64,000 bases of DNA from Eukaryota sp. GEM-RC1 (GCA_040285855.1 JAUFOQ010000006.1:2170001-2234000), one strand, 5' to 3'; shown: positions 1 to 13,029, numbered from the stretch's first letter. Program-made: numbers and translations. Notes: generated by a model from the sequence alone, not told the origin.

Positions 1-627
1 GGAACTTCATCAGGAGGTTGAAGTGTAATCGTACAGTTTGATTGCTCAACAACGACTTCCCCCTCCTTTTGGTAGAAATGAGCTCATCTTTCTCTCTTCA
101 TCGGAACTAGAAATGAGTTGACCATTAATAAAGAGCTGTTGTTCTTCGTGAGCAAGATGAGCAGTGCGGGAGACATGGTTTCGGAATTTAGATAGTGTTA
201 GTTTTCTGTATTGAGCAACAGTAAAGTAGAGAGTATGGGATCTTTTGGCAATTTGGTTAACTAGAATAATCTTGACAGACGAATCTAAATCTAGGTCATC
301 GGTAAAGTCCTGAGACTGATCCAATGTCGAGTTCTGAAGGGAATCCTTTTGGATGGCTTCAAACTTAGCAATCCAAGATAACCTGTCGACCACAGATTCA
401 CAATAAACAGTTACATCGTTAATTGAAAAGGGGTATTGAAGAGGAAGAGAGGAAGTTTTGGGCAGTAATCGGAATTTAGCGGTAGATACGTCGATTGTTT
501 TCTTTTGTCCATCAGAATATTCGATAAGAAGAGAGTTATTGACGAGATTTAGGGAAGCAGGAATGTTTCGAGAGCAAGACTTAGACGTGGCTGAGTAGGG
601 CGAACTAGAAGTGAGAGACATTGACAT
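1..627 (-). CDS. Protein with PH-like and ubiquitin-like segments; probably continues beyond the window start via a frameshift in a G run near 59-63
   Basis: ORF 46..630. 'YCESVVDRLSWIAKF' resembles a PH C-terminal helix and 'EEQQLFINGQLI' resembles a Ubl motif. The +1 frame (GEVVVEQSNCTITLQPPDEV) stays open to position 1. Confidence 0.5.
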
Positions 628-731
628 CACTGTGAGACTTTGAAATTGAAAGCAGATTTCTCTTCAAGAATCACGATTAGTCGAAATTTTTCTAAAACAG
701 GTCCACTATTAGAATCACGATTAGCTGTACA

Positions 732-1068
732 CATGGCTCTTCAAAAAATAATTGCATTTTGCAATTATTTCAATACTGTATTGCAACTGCTTGGAATATT
801 GCAGTACATTATTGCATGTTGTTTCGTTATTGCAGTTATTGTAAGCAATACTCATCCAATTACCGAAACCGTTTTTTTGTTGTTTTTTATCATGATCTAG
901 AAGTAGTGTTGTGTATTCAAAGCAGAAATTATAAAATTGGGGGGTGTTGTAAATACGAGTGTATAAAATAACAGTAATGTAGCACTTAAGCAGCAAATTT
1001 GTCGTTAAAACATATTGCAGCAACATAAATTTTCACAATAAATTGCAATTATGTTTTGAAGTGGCCTG
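732..1068. mobile_element. hAT-type MITE (337 bp)
   Basis: Imperfect ~25-bp TIRs (catggctcttcaaaaaataattgca / revcomp caggccacttcaaaacataattgca). Perfect 8-bp TSD gctgtaca at 724-731 and 1069-1076. Internal attgca repeats. Confidence 0.85.
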
Positions 1069-1209
1069 GCTGTACACTATTTGAAGCTCTGCATTAATCT
1101 AGTTTGGTTTGTACTGTTCACTATATCTAAAAGAACTAACAGTAAATTAGAACAATACACCTGTTTATTATCAAAAAAATTAATTCCTGATAATCATTAA
1201 ATTACAACA

Positions 1210-2553
1210 TCAAGTTTTTTTGACAAACTTCCTTTTAGTAGCTGTTTTCGGTTCCTTACTACTACTCACATCAGAAGGTGTTTCTGATACAGACTTCTCT
1301 AACTTAGGTGATGGTTGAGAAGTTGATGATGTGATTGATGACGTGCTTACGCTCTCACTGGGATCAACAGCGCCAAAACGAATCCTCGAAAATTCATCAT
1401 CTGGACTGGAAAGTTTAGCAGGGCTTGAAGAAGTTATCGAAGGGGTGTGTTCCTTTGTCCGTTGTTTGATTGATACAGGCTGATCTGATGACGTGATTGT
1501 CGACATGTCATTCTGTGGAGTTTGACGATGTCGTGTTTGTCTACTAGCATTGCCTCCTCTTCCCGCTGACTTTTCACGACTTCTTGACTTCCAATGATTT
1601 CCTCTAGAATCCGATTGTCCTCTAGGACGATGTGGCTGTTCAACTTTGGTCGCTGATGGCCTTTGTTCAAGAAAAGATGTCTCAATTGGTTTCCTCTGAA
1701 CAAATTTCTTTTCATGTCGTCGTGGTTTAACTTGTTTTTTTTCTACTGGAAGTATTGGGTTTTTTTCTATAGGTAATATTGGTTTCTTTTTTGATTCATC
1801 ACTGGCTTGTGCTTTCAGTTCAAGTGCTTTTAATTTCTCGTCACATCTACGTTTCCTTTCCTTTTCCTCTTCTTCTTCTATTCGACGTTTCTCTTCAAAT
1901 TTAATACGAGCATTTTCATTGACTTCCTTTGAGTAGTTTTCTATCTCCTCTAGTGTTAAACCATCCAATCCTCCAGAGTCTGTGTGGGAAAGTGCGGGAG
2001 TGGGAGGTTGGGTTGGAGGTTGAATTTGAGATTGGCCTGAAGGTTTGATTGCAGATGGAACTGCCCTTCTTGGTAGAACTTGAGGAACTATATCAACAGG
2101 TCTAGGTGCCTGCCTGCTAGGTTGACTTCTCTTGACTTCTCTAGGAGCACTCTTGGCAACAGGTTTGGAAATAGTTGTCTTTGGTCTTGGTTCAACGTTT
2201 AAAGGCAATGCTGTAGGAAGTGTGTAACCAAACTTGTCGTCTTCCAATTCCAACCAGTTTGGAGTCGAAAGCGGCGCTGACTTGGGTTTAGGTTTAGCAA
2301 GTTGGTCTTTAATTGCCACAGCCTTGCTGGTTTTTTGTTCTCGTTGTTCCCATGAATGCTTAGCTGCTGGTGTGGATGAAGAAGATTGAGAGGGAAGTGT
2401 GGAGCGGGGAATATCCATAGTTACCATTTTAGTTGAGGATTTGGTTATGTTACGTGAAGATGGTGCATCAGGTATAGAAGAAGGTGGGACTGTTCTTGAA
2501 GAGTATGGCTTCTGTTTAGATGTGTGGTCACGATCATGTTGGTTGTTCGGCAT
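1210..2553 (-). CDS. Low-complexity protein with PRRC2/BAT2-like coiled coil
   Basis: 447-aa ORF, S/P/K-rich. 'ARIKFEEKRRIEEEEEKERKRRCDEKLKALE' resembles the PRRC2/BAT2 coiled-coil segment; acidic 'NWLELEDD' motif upstream. Confidence 0.45.
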   Translation of the reverse strand: MPNNQHDRDHTSKQKPYSSRTVPPSSIPDAPSSRNITKSSTKMVTMDIPRSTLPSQSSSSTPAAKHSWEQREQKTSKAVAIKDQLAKPKPKSAPLSTPNWLELEDDKFGYTLPTALPLNVEPRPKTTISKPVAKSAPREVKRSQPSRQAPRPVDIVPQVLPRRAVPSAIKPSGQSQIQPPTQPPTPALSHTDSGGLDGLTLEEIENYSKEVNENARIKFEEKRRIEEEEEKERKRRCDEKLKALELKAQASDESKKKPILPIEKNPILPVEKKQVKPRRHEKKFVQRKPIETSFLEQRPSATKVEQPHRPRGQSDSRGNHWKSRSREKSAGRGGNASRQTRHRQTPQNDMSTITSSDQPVSIKQRTKEHTPSITSSSPAKLSSPDDEFSRIRFGAVDPSESVSTSSITSSTSQPSPKLEKSVSETPSDVSSSKEPKTATKRKFVKKT

Positions 2554-2602
2554 TAAAAACTTCTAGTTCCTTTTGCAACTTTGCTTTTTCTCTTTTTAAA
2601 CC

Positions 2603-3190
2603 ATGGAATCTTATATTTCAGATATACTTGACTCGGATGCTTCCTTCAGGGCTCAATTTGAAAGAGATAGTTCTTTGTTTCATGGTAGTTCAGATACAAG
2701 GCCTGTTCCAGTTAACGTTGCATCCGTACCTTCAGGAGTGAATGAAGTAGACCCTTCATATCAAACCCCTGACTATGACAACTATCCAGAAGAATACCAC
2801 AGACTTCGCCACGTCCGCGAACAGTTGGACCTTTTTAAGAAAGAGATTGATGTTCTAGTTAAACACGTCCAGTCTTTGATGAAGTACAGAAGAATGTGTC
2901 AAGCTTGCCCTCCTTCATCTGACAAACTCCCAAAACTAAACGAATTCATTACCCGTGATGAGACCAGAGTTAATGATTCTTGCACTTACTTGGCTCGGAT
3001 TGCAAAGAGTTTTAACTCCAATGAGTGGGAGCAAGTAGCTGAACTGATTACTATTAGAGCAAAGGATTCAGGTACTTGGACAAAGGAAGAATGCAGTGAG
3101 TTCTTATTGTGGACGAGACAATATGGACAAAAGATATTTATTGAACAGAAAAAGCTGTTGGAAGAAATGAAACAAGCAGCAAGAGGTTAG
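2603..3190 (+). CDS. Hypothetical helical protein (195 aa)
   Basis: Clean ATG-to-TAG ORF with coding-like composition, divergent from the 1210..2553 gene; no family recognised. Confidence 0.65.
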   Translation: MESYISDILDSDASFRAQFERDSSLFHGSSDTRPVPVNVASVPSGVNEVDPSYQTPDYDNYPEEYHRLRHVREQLDLFKKEIDVLVKHVQSLMKYRRMCQACPPSSDKLPKLNEFITRDETRVNDSCTYLARIAKSFNSNEWEQVAELITIRAKDSGTWTKEECSEFLLWTRQYGQKIFIEQKKLLEEMKQAARG

Positions 3191-3365
3191 AGCTATGTTA
3201 TCATTAAGTTGATTAATGTATCTTTAAAAATATTTAATTTTTGGAAATTTCATATATACATCACGATTGAATCAAATACACTGGATTGGAAAAACAAAAA
3301 TAGCGATAATTTAAAAGTTGAACAATGAGATATTTTAGTATCCATTTGAAACCCATTTTCAAGTA

Positions 3366-5144
3366 CTAACCTGAAACTCCAAAGTGTTTCAAACCAAATA
3401 GCCGTACTTTATCCTTTGACCATTCAATTCTTAATGATAAAACTTGAACCATTTCTTTGTGAGTAAGCACCCAACTAACACCAGTATCTTTATCTAGATA
3501 CACTAGCAAATCCTCTAATGAAGCTAGTGTTAACAGAAGGAAATTTGGTTGAGTCTGGTAAATAGTGAAGAAAAAGGTTGTTCCACAAGGGAATATAGTG
3601 ACTGTGATAGGAAAAGGAGATCTTTTTCAAGAAGGAGACCCCCATACATTGTCCAATCAAGAGTACGGATCATACCTTCCAATTTCGAATTCACAATGGA
3701 AACAAAGAATGAGAGCAATTGAAACTGTAAGGATGAATCTCCAATTAAGAAGAAAATTTCAAATTTCTTTTTGAAAAATCCTAGCAAATTTAAAACCCAA
3801 GAAGAGGATTCATCTGACAATTGAGTAGATTGAATATTACTAGATAAAGTCTTTGGTAAACATGAATAGAAGCTACTCTTGAAAAAACTCAAAAAGTTTC
3901 TAGACACCAATGTCAACATATTTCTCGAAGCTGAATCTAAATCAAGAGCCGACAAATGAGCTGTATCGTCATCAAAGTTATTGACCCTTGACTTCTCTTT
4001 GGATGCAGTCAACGTCTTAATAAATCGTGAAATTCTCCCAGGAATAGAAGGGACTAGTAGAGAGTCGTTGATTAGCACAGTGACAAGTGCTAGGGCTTGT
4101 TGTTGCTCAACTCTATCTTCATCCAACATTCTAAATACAGAAAAGATTCGCTGTTTCAAAAGAGAAAACACCTTCGGCAGTTCTTCATGAATGATGTGAA
4201 TGACGTTTTTAAACACACTCACATCAATTGATTTTGACCTTGTGAGTGAACATTCCAGAATAAATATCGAATCAGCTATACAACCAGACCTTACAACCTT
4301 GGGTGGAGAATTTCCATAAGCAATAGACACTGCTTCGTTCTCAGCCTTTTCATCTGGAGTCAAAAGCCATGGCAAGACTAGCGTGTATGTAGAGCCGTTC
4401 AAGTTCAATGGCGATAGGAAAAAGAATTACATGAGGACATTCATCAGAATCAAGAGGAGAAACTCTGGGGAAGTGAGATAGAAGGGAAAAAACGAAGTTG
4501 GTGAACTTAAAAGTTGTTGAACAAATAACTACAATCAAATCAAGCAGTGCTGCCAGTTGACCAGGCGAGTGATTAGAAAAGATAGACAAATGATGCAGGG
4601 AGTATTGAGAGATGAAAGCAGAGATGACCTCCTGACATAGGGATAGGGCAGTAGCTTTGTAGGCTTGAATTACTTTGGGTTTAGTGAAGGAAGTGTTGGG
4701 AAGACCATCAGGAAGAGGAGATGAAGGGGAGAACTTCTTTATTTGTTTCCCTCCATAATCTAAGATTGAGACGATAAGAGCAGGGAAAGAAGCTCCTTCA
4801 GGTATGCTATGACCTTGTTTCCACCAAAGACGGCTTTCAAAGTGGCGAATGTAAGAGTTTTGATAATTTTCAATGTGTGTTGCAACTTTAGATGAAGTTG
4901 AGGTGTCTAGTTTTGCGTCTAGGAAATCAAGAGTATTTTGGACACGAAGTTCCTTTTGTTTAATGTTGGCAACATCGCTGGTAACTTGTTTACTAAGAGA
5001 AGCAGACTTTGTGATAGTTTGGGTGATGATAGAGACTTTTTCCACAAGAGATGACACTTTAGGTGTGAAACTGGAGAAGTCAGAGGACTGTGAGTTGAGA
5101 AGGTCTGAGCAATGTTGAAGAAAGTCAGTCAAGTCATTTTTCAT
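3366..5144 (-). CDS. COG4: Conserved oligomeric Golgi complex subunit 4-like; two single-base frameshifts (~4363, ~3540)
   Basis: ORFs 4350..5165 and 3530..4408 plus a C-terminal frame 'LLLTLASLEDLLVYLDKDTGVSWVLTHKEMVQVLSLRIEW' to TAG at 3366. 'GGLLLEKDL', 'FTRLNQI' and 'W.LT..E..QVL.LR' match COG4. Confidence 0.75.
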
Positions 5145-5255
5145 GTGGTGAAGAATTTCGTTCAATTATTTTTGTTTAAGTCACTTGTATTTACAAGAAC
5201 TACTTTTTGTCACTGGAATCACAGTCACGCTATATAAGACAATTGTATCAAACAT

Positions 5256-6020
5256 ATGTTGAAACTGATACAAAGCCAAATCCTCAATAATCACTCTGAT
5301 GACAGCTCTGTATCAACTGTACGTCTACGAATTCTACGTGACCAACTCTTCTTCCAGTCATTGTATTTCATTCATGTTCTTTCCTCTTTATCTGAAATCA
5401 GTTTCTCTCAGCTTAAGATCCTGGTAATTGGCTACGGAAACACAGGAAAACACATTCTAGACAAGCTATCTCGATATCCACAAGCTCCTGCACTCTTTCT
5501 TTATCGATTCTCTTCTCCTTCAAACCAACCGGAAGGTCTCCCTGATTCAGTCACCTTTGTTACAGAATCTGACTTCCCTTTAGATGTTGACGTTGTATTC
5601 TGGACTATACCATCATCATTTGCAGGTCTTGCTCTCACCCACCTTTCCTTCAAATCTCCCCCACTGTCCTTGGTCTTTTCATCTTCTTTTAGCTCCAAAA
5701 GGCTGACTTCTATCTTTGATCCTCTTCCTTGTATTAAAATCTTTTCTGTGGTGCCACGTCGATGTACTTCTTTCAATCTCTCCAATGCCATTCCTAATGT
5801 GATTGATTTAAGTCAAGTGTATGATGCTATATGTGATTTCTTAGCTGCAAGGAAGTTTCAACTTTGTTCATTTGATGAATTCGGAAAACAGTTTGTCTTT
5901 GGCCAGTGCGCAACTCCTCCGCCTTCTAGAAATGAACTTAGGGAAGAAACAATGTTTGAGGATATCAATAAGCAGCACATTTATAAAATATTGGAGTCGT
6001 ATCATTTTGAGAATTCCTAA
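5256..6020 (+). CDS. NAD(P)-binding Rossmann protein, NOXRED1/P5CR-like
   Basis: 254 aa with 'KILVIGYGNTGKHIL' GxGxxG motif and 'DVDVVFWTIP'. Confidence 0.55.
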   Translation: MLKLIQSQILNNHSDDSSVSTVRLRILRDQLFFQSLYFIHVLSSLSEISFSQLKILVIGYGNTGKHILDKLSRYPQAPALFLYRFSSPSNQPEGLPDSVTFVTESDFPLDVDVVFWTIPSSFAGLALTHLSFKSPPLSLVFSSSFSSKRLTSIFDPLPCIKIFSVVPRRCTSFNLSNAIPNVIDLSQVYDAICDFLAARKFQLCSFDEFGKQFVFGQCATPPPSRNELREETMFEDINKQHIYKILESYHFENS

Positions 6021-6368
6021 ACGCAAGTTAATTTTCAACAAATCTTTGAAAAGTGTCGGTGTTTTTGATGACGATTTCTTTTTAGAGGTTCTTCTTTTGG
6101 CATCGTGTGTACATTGGTTGAACGTGTGTGCATGTTTTCACTTAAATCTCAATTACAAACGAGAGGATTTTGGTGGATGATTTTGTTTCACTTGCGGGAC
6201 TTTTGATGGTGGTTCTGGTGAAATGGCTTCCCTTGTTTATGTTGGTCACAGTTTTTCAAACAAATTTAGGAACTGCTTTGTAGAAGTTATCATATAAAGA
6301 TACCAAAAAGAGTGAAAGACAATATTTTGTTTGTCAACACAAGATGTGTCTTAATGTGATATTGTGAT

Positions 6369-6840
6369 TAGGACTGTGCAGGTTCGGGTTTATGTTTCAA
6401 ACCAAACCTTTTTAATAAAACCAAACATAAACCTTTAGCTTCAGAACTGTAGGAAAATGAAACACATTTAATTTCAATAACCCTCTGACTCTTACATTAT
6501 ATATGAACGATCTTAACGCTTCTATTGACGAGAACTCTTCTGAAATTGAAGTGATGAGTGAAGCCACAGCATCTCCTGTTACCTTCACTAGTAGTTGTTT
6601 GTGATGAGCATTGATAATAAAGCTTATCTAGTACTACCGTAAGAACAACTTTATTTTGACGGTGTTCCACTAAACTACAGTGTATTTTCAATTCATAATA
6701 CATATCGGGTTTACTAGGTTAGAACCTACACCTTTTTTTACAAAACCTAGCTGAACCTAAACCCATTTTTGGAAAACCAAACCAACCCTGAACCAGGTTT
6801 GGGGTTTGAAACTTTTGAAACCCAAACCTGCACAGTCCTA
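6369..6840. mobile_element. hAT-type MITE (472 bp)
   Basis: 23-bp TIRs taggactgtgcaggtt(c/t)gggttt, 22/23 identical. 8-bp TSD attgtgat (6361-6368) vs cttgtgat (6841-6848). Subterminal aaacc repeats. Confidence 0.85.
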
Positions 6841-6942
6841 CTTGTGATGGAGTAACAATAGATGATGAATAGCTAATAGAGACAAGGAATAGACGACATA
6901 CTGTAGACTAAAGATGCCAGTCACTATATCACGTTTCCATCA

Positions 6943-9277
6943 ATGAGGACAGGGTCCAACACTAAACTTTTCAACACCTTTCCAATGACAGAATATATCG
7001 AAGATCCGGAACGTCCTACAGTATACGACAACTTTAAGGCCTCTGTTAATCTATACCCTTCTCGCCCATGTCTTGCCACTCGTGAGTATCTACCGGACGG
7101 TGTTCGTGGAGAGTTTCAGTACATCTCCTATGAGGAAACATCCATGTGGGTCGACGATATTGTTCATGCAATTCATAGCACTGGGCTTTGCGATTGTTCA
7201 ATGGAATATCCTGACCCCATTCCCCACATTAATGTAGGATTATTGGGTTCTAATTCTGCGTCATGGGTTGTTACGGACCTTGCTTGCCAAAAACTTGGTC
7301 TAGTAACCGTTCCAGTTTATTCTTCCCTCCGTGAAAGTGAAATTGTTTTGATAGCCAAGTCTGCTCAGTTAAGTGCCATAGCCGTTAATGAAGCCAATTT
7401 TCAACTTGCTGTTGACCAGGTTCTTCCTCATGTACGACCTTTCACCCTTTCTGATGGCGACGTGGAAGTAGCCAGCCGTCTTTTAATCTTCATGGTAGAC
7501 AATGAGGACATCTCTGATGATATTAAGGCCCAACTTACTGCTCTTATGCACTTCGGTGTTCGCATCTTGGTTGTCCAACAACCACGAATCTTTGACCTGA
7601 ATTATTCCGCTCGTCAGTTCTGCCGTCGTTGCAATGATTTAAATGAGAAGTTCCCAGTTACTGATCCCAAGTCTGTATGTACCATAATTTATACATCTGG
7701 AAGTACCGGAGTACCAAAAGGAGCCATGTTATCTCATGAAAACATAATGTCAGCTCTATTTGGATTCCGAACTAATGTAGCTCCAACAAAATACGAAACC
7801 GATCCCAATTTCCGAGGAGAAGAAAGTGACAAATACCAGAAACTTCTCTCATACTTACCACTGGAACATGTCTTGGGAAGGCAACTCCCTTGGTTAAACC
7901 TTCTAATGGGGGGATCTATTTGCTTTTGGTCACAAAATCCAAAAACTTTATCTGATGATATTAAAGCGTGTAGACCTTCGTATTTCATTGGAGTTCCTCG
8001 TGTTTTCCATCGTATTATCAACACTGTCTTCTCAAAGGTTGATTCCTCTTCTTTTATTGTCAGAGGTCTCTTCAGACGAGGACTTAGAACTAAGCTTCAA
8101 AATTATCACCGTGATGGAACTTTTGTTGCTGGTTTTTGGGATAAGATTGTCTTTTCCAAGATTGCTAAAGCTTTGGGTGGTAATACTCAATCTATTGTTT
8201 CGGGTTCCGCTCCCTTAGGAGGAAGTACTTCTGCTCTCCTTAAAGTACTCTTCTCATGTCCAGTGGTCGAAGGCTATGGCCAAACTGAAACTGCTGCTTC
8301 TTTGACCTCTCAAAAGTTAAGTGACAATAGTACAGGAAGTGATGTCGGATCGGTATTAGTTCCCAAGAATGGAATTCGTTTCCGTAAACTTGATCATATT
8401 GATGATACTGGTAAAGAAGGAAGTATTGGAGAGATTCTCTTCAAAGGTCCGACTGTTTTCATGGGTTACTATCAAGATCCTGAGACTACTGCCAAGGTTT
8501 TTGATGATAATGGATGGCTTCACACTGGTGACATTGGAGAAATGGACAAAGATGGACAGCTTCATATTCTGGATCGTGTTGGATCCATTTTTAAACTCGC
8601 CAATGGCCTTTTCGTCTCCCCCCGAAGGTATTAGTTCCGCTCTTGCTCGCTGTACTCTAGTAGCGAACATGTGGATCACTGGGTCTTCATCTCTTCGTTA
8701 TCCTGTTGCTGTTGTATGGCCTTCTGATGAGCTCCATGATGGTTGGACTACTTTAACTCCAGAAGAAAGAGATCGTATTGTTGTCGAACATGAAGAGGAC
8801 TTTACCAGGAAGATTCTTCTTTCTTTCCAGGAAGCCGGAAGATCTGAAAATTTGAGAGGATTTGAAATTCCCGCTAGACTTGTAATTGCTACTAACGATG
8901 CCACCCCCCAATCAGGATTGTTTACTCCCACACTCAAGCCTCGAGCTAACATGTTAAAGCAATACTTCAAGGAGCAATTGGATAAGGTTTTCAGTGAAGA
9001 AAAGGTGGATTTATACTTGGGAAACACTACTGTAGTAGTTAAGAATGAGCATAACCTTGAACCTAATCCTCTCTATGCGTGCCTTCCAAACCTCCCAACT
9101 TTGCCTACCATCAAGGAACTTACTGCATATGTTGAGTCATTGCAATTACCTCATATCTCCTTGCCAAGAAATTTGTTTGTTAATCTCTCTAGAAAATCTT
9201 CTCAAGACAAGGGATCTCATCGTGTTGTAGTTGATGAGAGTTCTGTTGGGTTAGAGGTTGTTCAAGAATCAAGTTGA
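6943..9277 (+). CDS. Long-chain acyl-CoA synthetase, copy 1; one extra C at ~8618-8623
   Basis: AMP-binding motif IIYTSGSTGVPKG, EGYGQTE, GWLHTGDIG and LDR..IFKL.NG. It has C6 where paralog copy 2 has C5. The start may be the ATG at 6985. Confidence 0.9.
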
Positions 9278-9690
9278 TGTGCACAATTGTTTGTATAAAT
9301 ACTTTGTTCTACCGCGTGTTCAATCAAATGTAGGATTGCCAGTATGTTGTTTTATTACATTTAAAATAGTGACACAATAAAAACGGGGTTTATTGATCAA
9401 TCAGTGAAAATATTGCTTTTCAAACACTTACTATATTGTAGTACTAGTAATTTCAACCCAACTGAATTTCATGTATCAAGCTACTCTAGGTGTCAGTGTT
9501 ATTGATTAGTGTAAGTCCTGTGGAAAAGTGCCATCCAGTGTTTACCAATTTTGTTAGTTCATGATGTTACCTTGACAAACCAAGTAGGATGGTAGAATGT
9601 ACGAGAGAGTGGTTAATCGGAAATAGAATGTCTTTGTAACGTGTCAAATGATCTGATGGAGATTACGGTTTCACTTCTCCTCATCAAATA

Positions 9691-10487
9691 CAGTATCCTC
9701 TCTATATCTTCTCGCCTTTGGGAACACAAAAAACCGAGAAGATATAGAGAGCGAGATGATATACAATTATGTTTAAAACCCAAATAATACATATGTTTAT
9801 TAAGTCTACTCAATAACAATCACATGTGCATTGTTTGAAGAGTGGAAAAAGTGCATCAAAGTTCTTTGGCTCAATTCTTCAACTCTTAATTCCTGAAACT
9901 CACGTTAAACTTCATCCAAAGTGTATTACGAGGAGTGTTTTCAGTGAAAGTTGACAGAAACATAGGATTGCAAAGCTGTAAGAGCATTTTATACTTCTGT
10001 TCTAGAGACTTCAGCTTGTGGTTGCCAGAATTACGTCTTCAGTGATTATCATCAGTGACAAGTTCATTTCCACAAACAAAACAAGAGCTGCATCTAGTTC
10101 AGAATATTTTAATGTTCGTGTCCTTTTGATTGTCTTAACTTCTTTTCTAGTGTAATTGCTTGTTCAAGAATTTGAGCACGTCGTTTGAGTATTTTTACTA
10201 TAGTTGTTCGGTGAGGAGGTGCAGGAAAATTGAAGGTTTCTTTGGCCACAGGAATAGATCGGTATTCTTTAAGTGTGCATTTTTATCAGCATACTAAATG
10301 AGTAGCGCTGATTGTTTGACACCAATTTCTACGGGTTTTGGTTTACGATGTTTGATAGTTTGGCTCATAAAAAGCGAGAAGATATAAACCGAGAAGTTAG
10401 ATAACCAAATGACTTAGGGAATTGAAAAGAGCGAGAATTTATAGAGAGTGAGAAGATATACAGCGAGAAGATATAGAGAGGATACTG
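9691..10487 (-). mobile_element. pogo/Tigger-like non-autonomous element (797 bp) with transposase remnants
   Basis: Perfect 25-bp TIR cagtatcctctctatatcttctcgc, TA flanks at 9689-90 and 10488-89, subterminal gagaagatata repeats. Minus-strand remnant 'AKETFNFPAPPHRTTIVKILKRR' is CENP-B/psq HTH-like; 'QRTLMHFF' is a pogo C-terminus-like motif. Confidence 0.9.
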
Positions 10488-10509
10488 TACATATTTTTCT
10501 CCAAATAAT

Positions 10510-12808
10510 ATGAGTGTTCCTCCTTTTATGGATGAGTATGTAGAAGACGCTGAGCGTCCTACTATATATGACAACTTCAAAGCCTCTGTTAATCTTTACC
10601 CTTCCCGCCCGTGTCTTGCCACTCGTGAGTATCTACCAGACGGTGCTCGTGGAGAGTTTCAGTTTATCTCTTATGAGGAAACTTCCATGTGGATTGATGA
10701 CATTGTTCACGCCATTCATAGCACTGGACTTTGCGATTGTTCTATGGAATTTCCTGACCCCATTCCCCCACATTAATGTAGGATTATTGGGCTCTAATTC
10801 TGCGTCTTGGGTTGTTACAGACCTTGCTTGCCAAAAACTTGGCCTGGTAACCGTTCCAATCTATCCTTCCCTTCGTGAAAGTGAAATTGTTTTGATAGCC
10901 AAGTCTGCTCAGTTAAGTGCCATAGCCGTTAATGAAGCCAATTTTCAACTTGCTGTTGACCAGGTTCTACCTCATGTACGACCTTTCACTCCTTCCGAGA
11001 ACCAAGCTGCAAGCCGTCTTTTAATCTTCATGGTAGACAATGAGGACATCTCTGATGATATTAAGGCCCAACTTACTGCTCTTATGCACTTCGGTGTTCG
11101 CATCTTGGTTGTACAACAACCACGAATCTTTGACCTGAATTATTCCGCTCGTCAGTTCTGCCGTCGTTGCAATGATTTAAATGAGAAGTTCCCCGTTACT
11201 GATCCTAAGTCTATTTGTACTATAATTTATACATCTGGAAGTACTGGAGTTCCAAAAGGAGCGATGCTATCTCATGAAAACTTAATGTCTGCTCTATTTG
11301 GATTCCGAACTAATGTTCCCATCACTAAGCATCAATTAGATCCTGAATGTGAAGGTGAAGAAAGTGACAAGTACCAGAAAACACTTTCATACTTGCCACT
11401 TGAACATGTCTTGGGAAGGCAAATTCCTTGGTTAAACATTATTCAGGGGGGTTCTCTATGTTTTTGGTCACAAAATCCAAAAACTTTATCTGATGATATT
11501 AAAGCGTGTAGACCAACTTATTTCGTTGGAGTGCCTCGTGTATTCCATCGTATTATCAACACTGTCTTCTCAAAGGTTGATTCCTCTTCTTTTATTGTCA
11601 GAGGTCTCTTCAGACGAGGACTTAGAACTAAGCTTCAAAACCATGACCGTGATGGAACTTTTGTTGCTGGTTTTTGGGATAAGATTGTCTTTTCCAAGAT
11701 TGCTCAAGCTCTGGGTGGGAATGTTAGATGCATCATTTCAGGGTCCGCTCCCTTAGGAGGAAGCACAGCCGCTCTTCTTAAAGTTCTCTTCTCATGTCCA
11801 GTTGCTGAAGGCTATGGCCAAACTGAAACTGCAGCGTCATTAACTGCTCAAAAGTTGGATGTCACGACTGTTGGTAATGTTGGTACTGTTGTAGTTCCCA
11901 AGAATGGAATTCGCTTCCGTAAACTTGATCACATTGATGATTCTGGTAAAGAGGGAAGTATTGGAGAGATTCTGTTCAAGGGTCCCACTGTTTTCATGGG
12001 TTACTATCAAGATCCTGAGACTACTGCCAAGGTTTTTGATGATAATGGATGGCTTCACACTGGTGACATTGGAGAAATTGACAAAGATGGACAGCTTCAT
12101 ATTCTGGATCGTGTTGGATCCATTTTTAAACTCGCCAATGGTCTTTTCGTCTCCCCCGAAGGTATTAGTTCCGCTCTTTCTCGCTGTACTCTAGTAGCGA
12201 ACATGTGGATCACTGGGTCTTCATCTCTTCGTTATCCTGTTGCTGTTGTATGGCCTTCTGATGAGCTCTATGATGGTTGGACTACTTTAACTCCAGAAGA
12301 AAGAGATCGTATTGTTGTCGAACATGAAGAGGACTTTACCAGGAAGATTCTTCTTTCTTTCCAGGAAGCCGGAAGATCTGAAAATTTGAGAGGATTTGAA
12401 ATTCCCGCTAGACTTGTAATTGCTACTAACGATGCCACCCCTCAATCAGGATTGTTTACTCCTACTTTTAAACCCCGAGCTAAGATGTTAAAGCAATACT
12501 TCAAGGAGCAATTGGATAAGGTTTTCAGTGAGGAAGAAGTGGATTTATACTTGGGAAACACTACTGTGGTAGTTAAGAATGAGCATAACCTTGAACCTAA
12601 TCCTCTCTATGCCTGTCTTCCAAACCTCCCAACTTTGCCTACCATCAAGGAACTTTCTGCATATGTTGAGTCATTGCAATTACCTCAGATTTCTTTACCA
12701 AGAAATTTGTTTGTTAATCTCTCTAGAAGATCTTCTCAAGACAAAGGATCTCACCGTGTTGTAGTTGATGAGAATTCTGTTGGGTTAGAAGTTAACGATG
12801 AGATTTGA
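10510..12808 (+). CDS. Long-chain acyl-CoA synthetase, copy 2; one extra C at ~10765-10769
   Basis: Tandem paralog with the same motifs as copy 1. It has C5 where copy 1 has C4; this joins ORFs 10510..10776 and 10568..12808. Confidence 0.9.
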
Positions 12809-13029
12809 TTTGTGTTTTATAATAAAGTTATTGTTGTTTCTTGGTTATAAAATTTTGACATTCATCAATTTGATTATTCCGTATCGCAGTCTAGGTGTAA
12901 GTAACATACAGCAGCTACTAGTATATACTTAGTGGAATAACACAGACAGAAGAAACACAAGGAGTGAAAATTGAGAAACCAAATCCCCCTCTTTGTCTTA
13001 TCAAACCTCGTTTCCCTCTCATTCTTACA

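Noticed and set aside
640..1026. Three short overlapping ORFs
   Set aside because: They lie over an AT-rich MITE and have no protein-like features.
4350..10776. Euplotes-style programmed +1/+2 frameshifting at stop codons (for example AGA-TGA in COG4, CAT-TAA in ACSL copy 2)
   Set aside because: There is no common slippery codon. In Myb and ACSL copy 1 the shift must occur upstream of the stop to keep conserved motifs, and the paralog comparison pins the indels to C runs.
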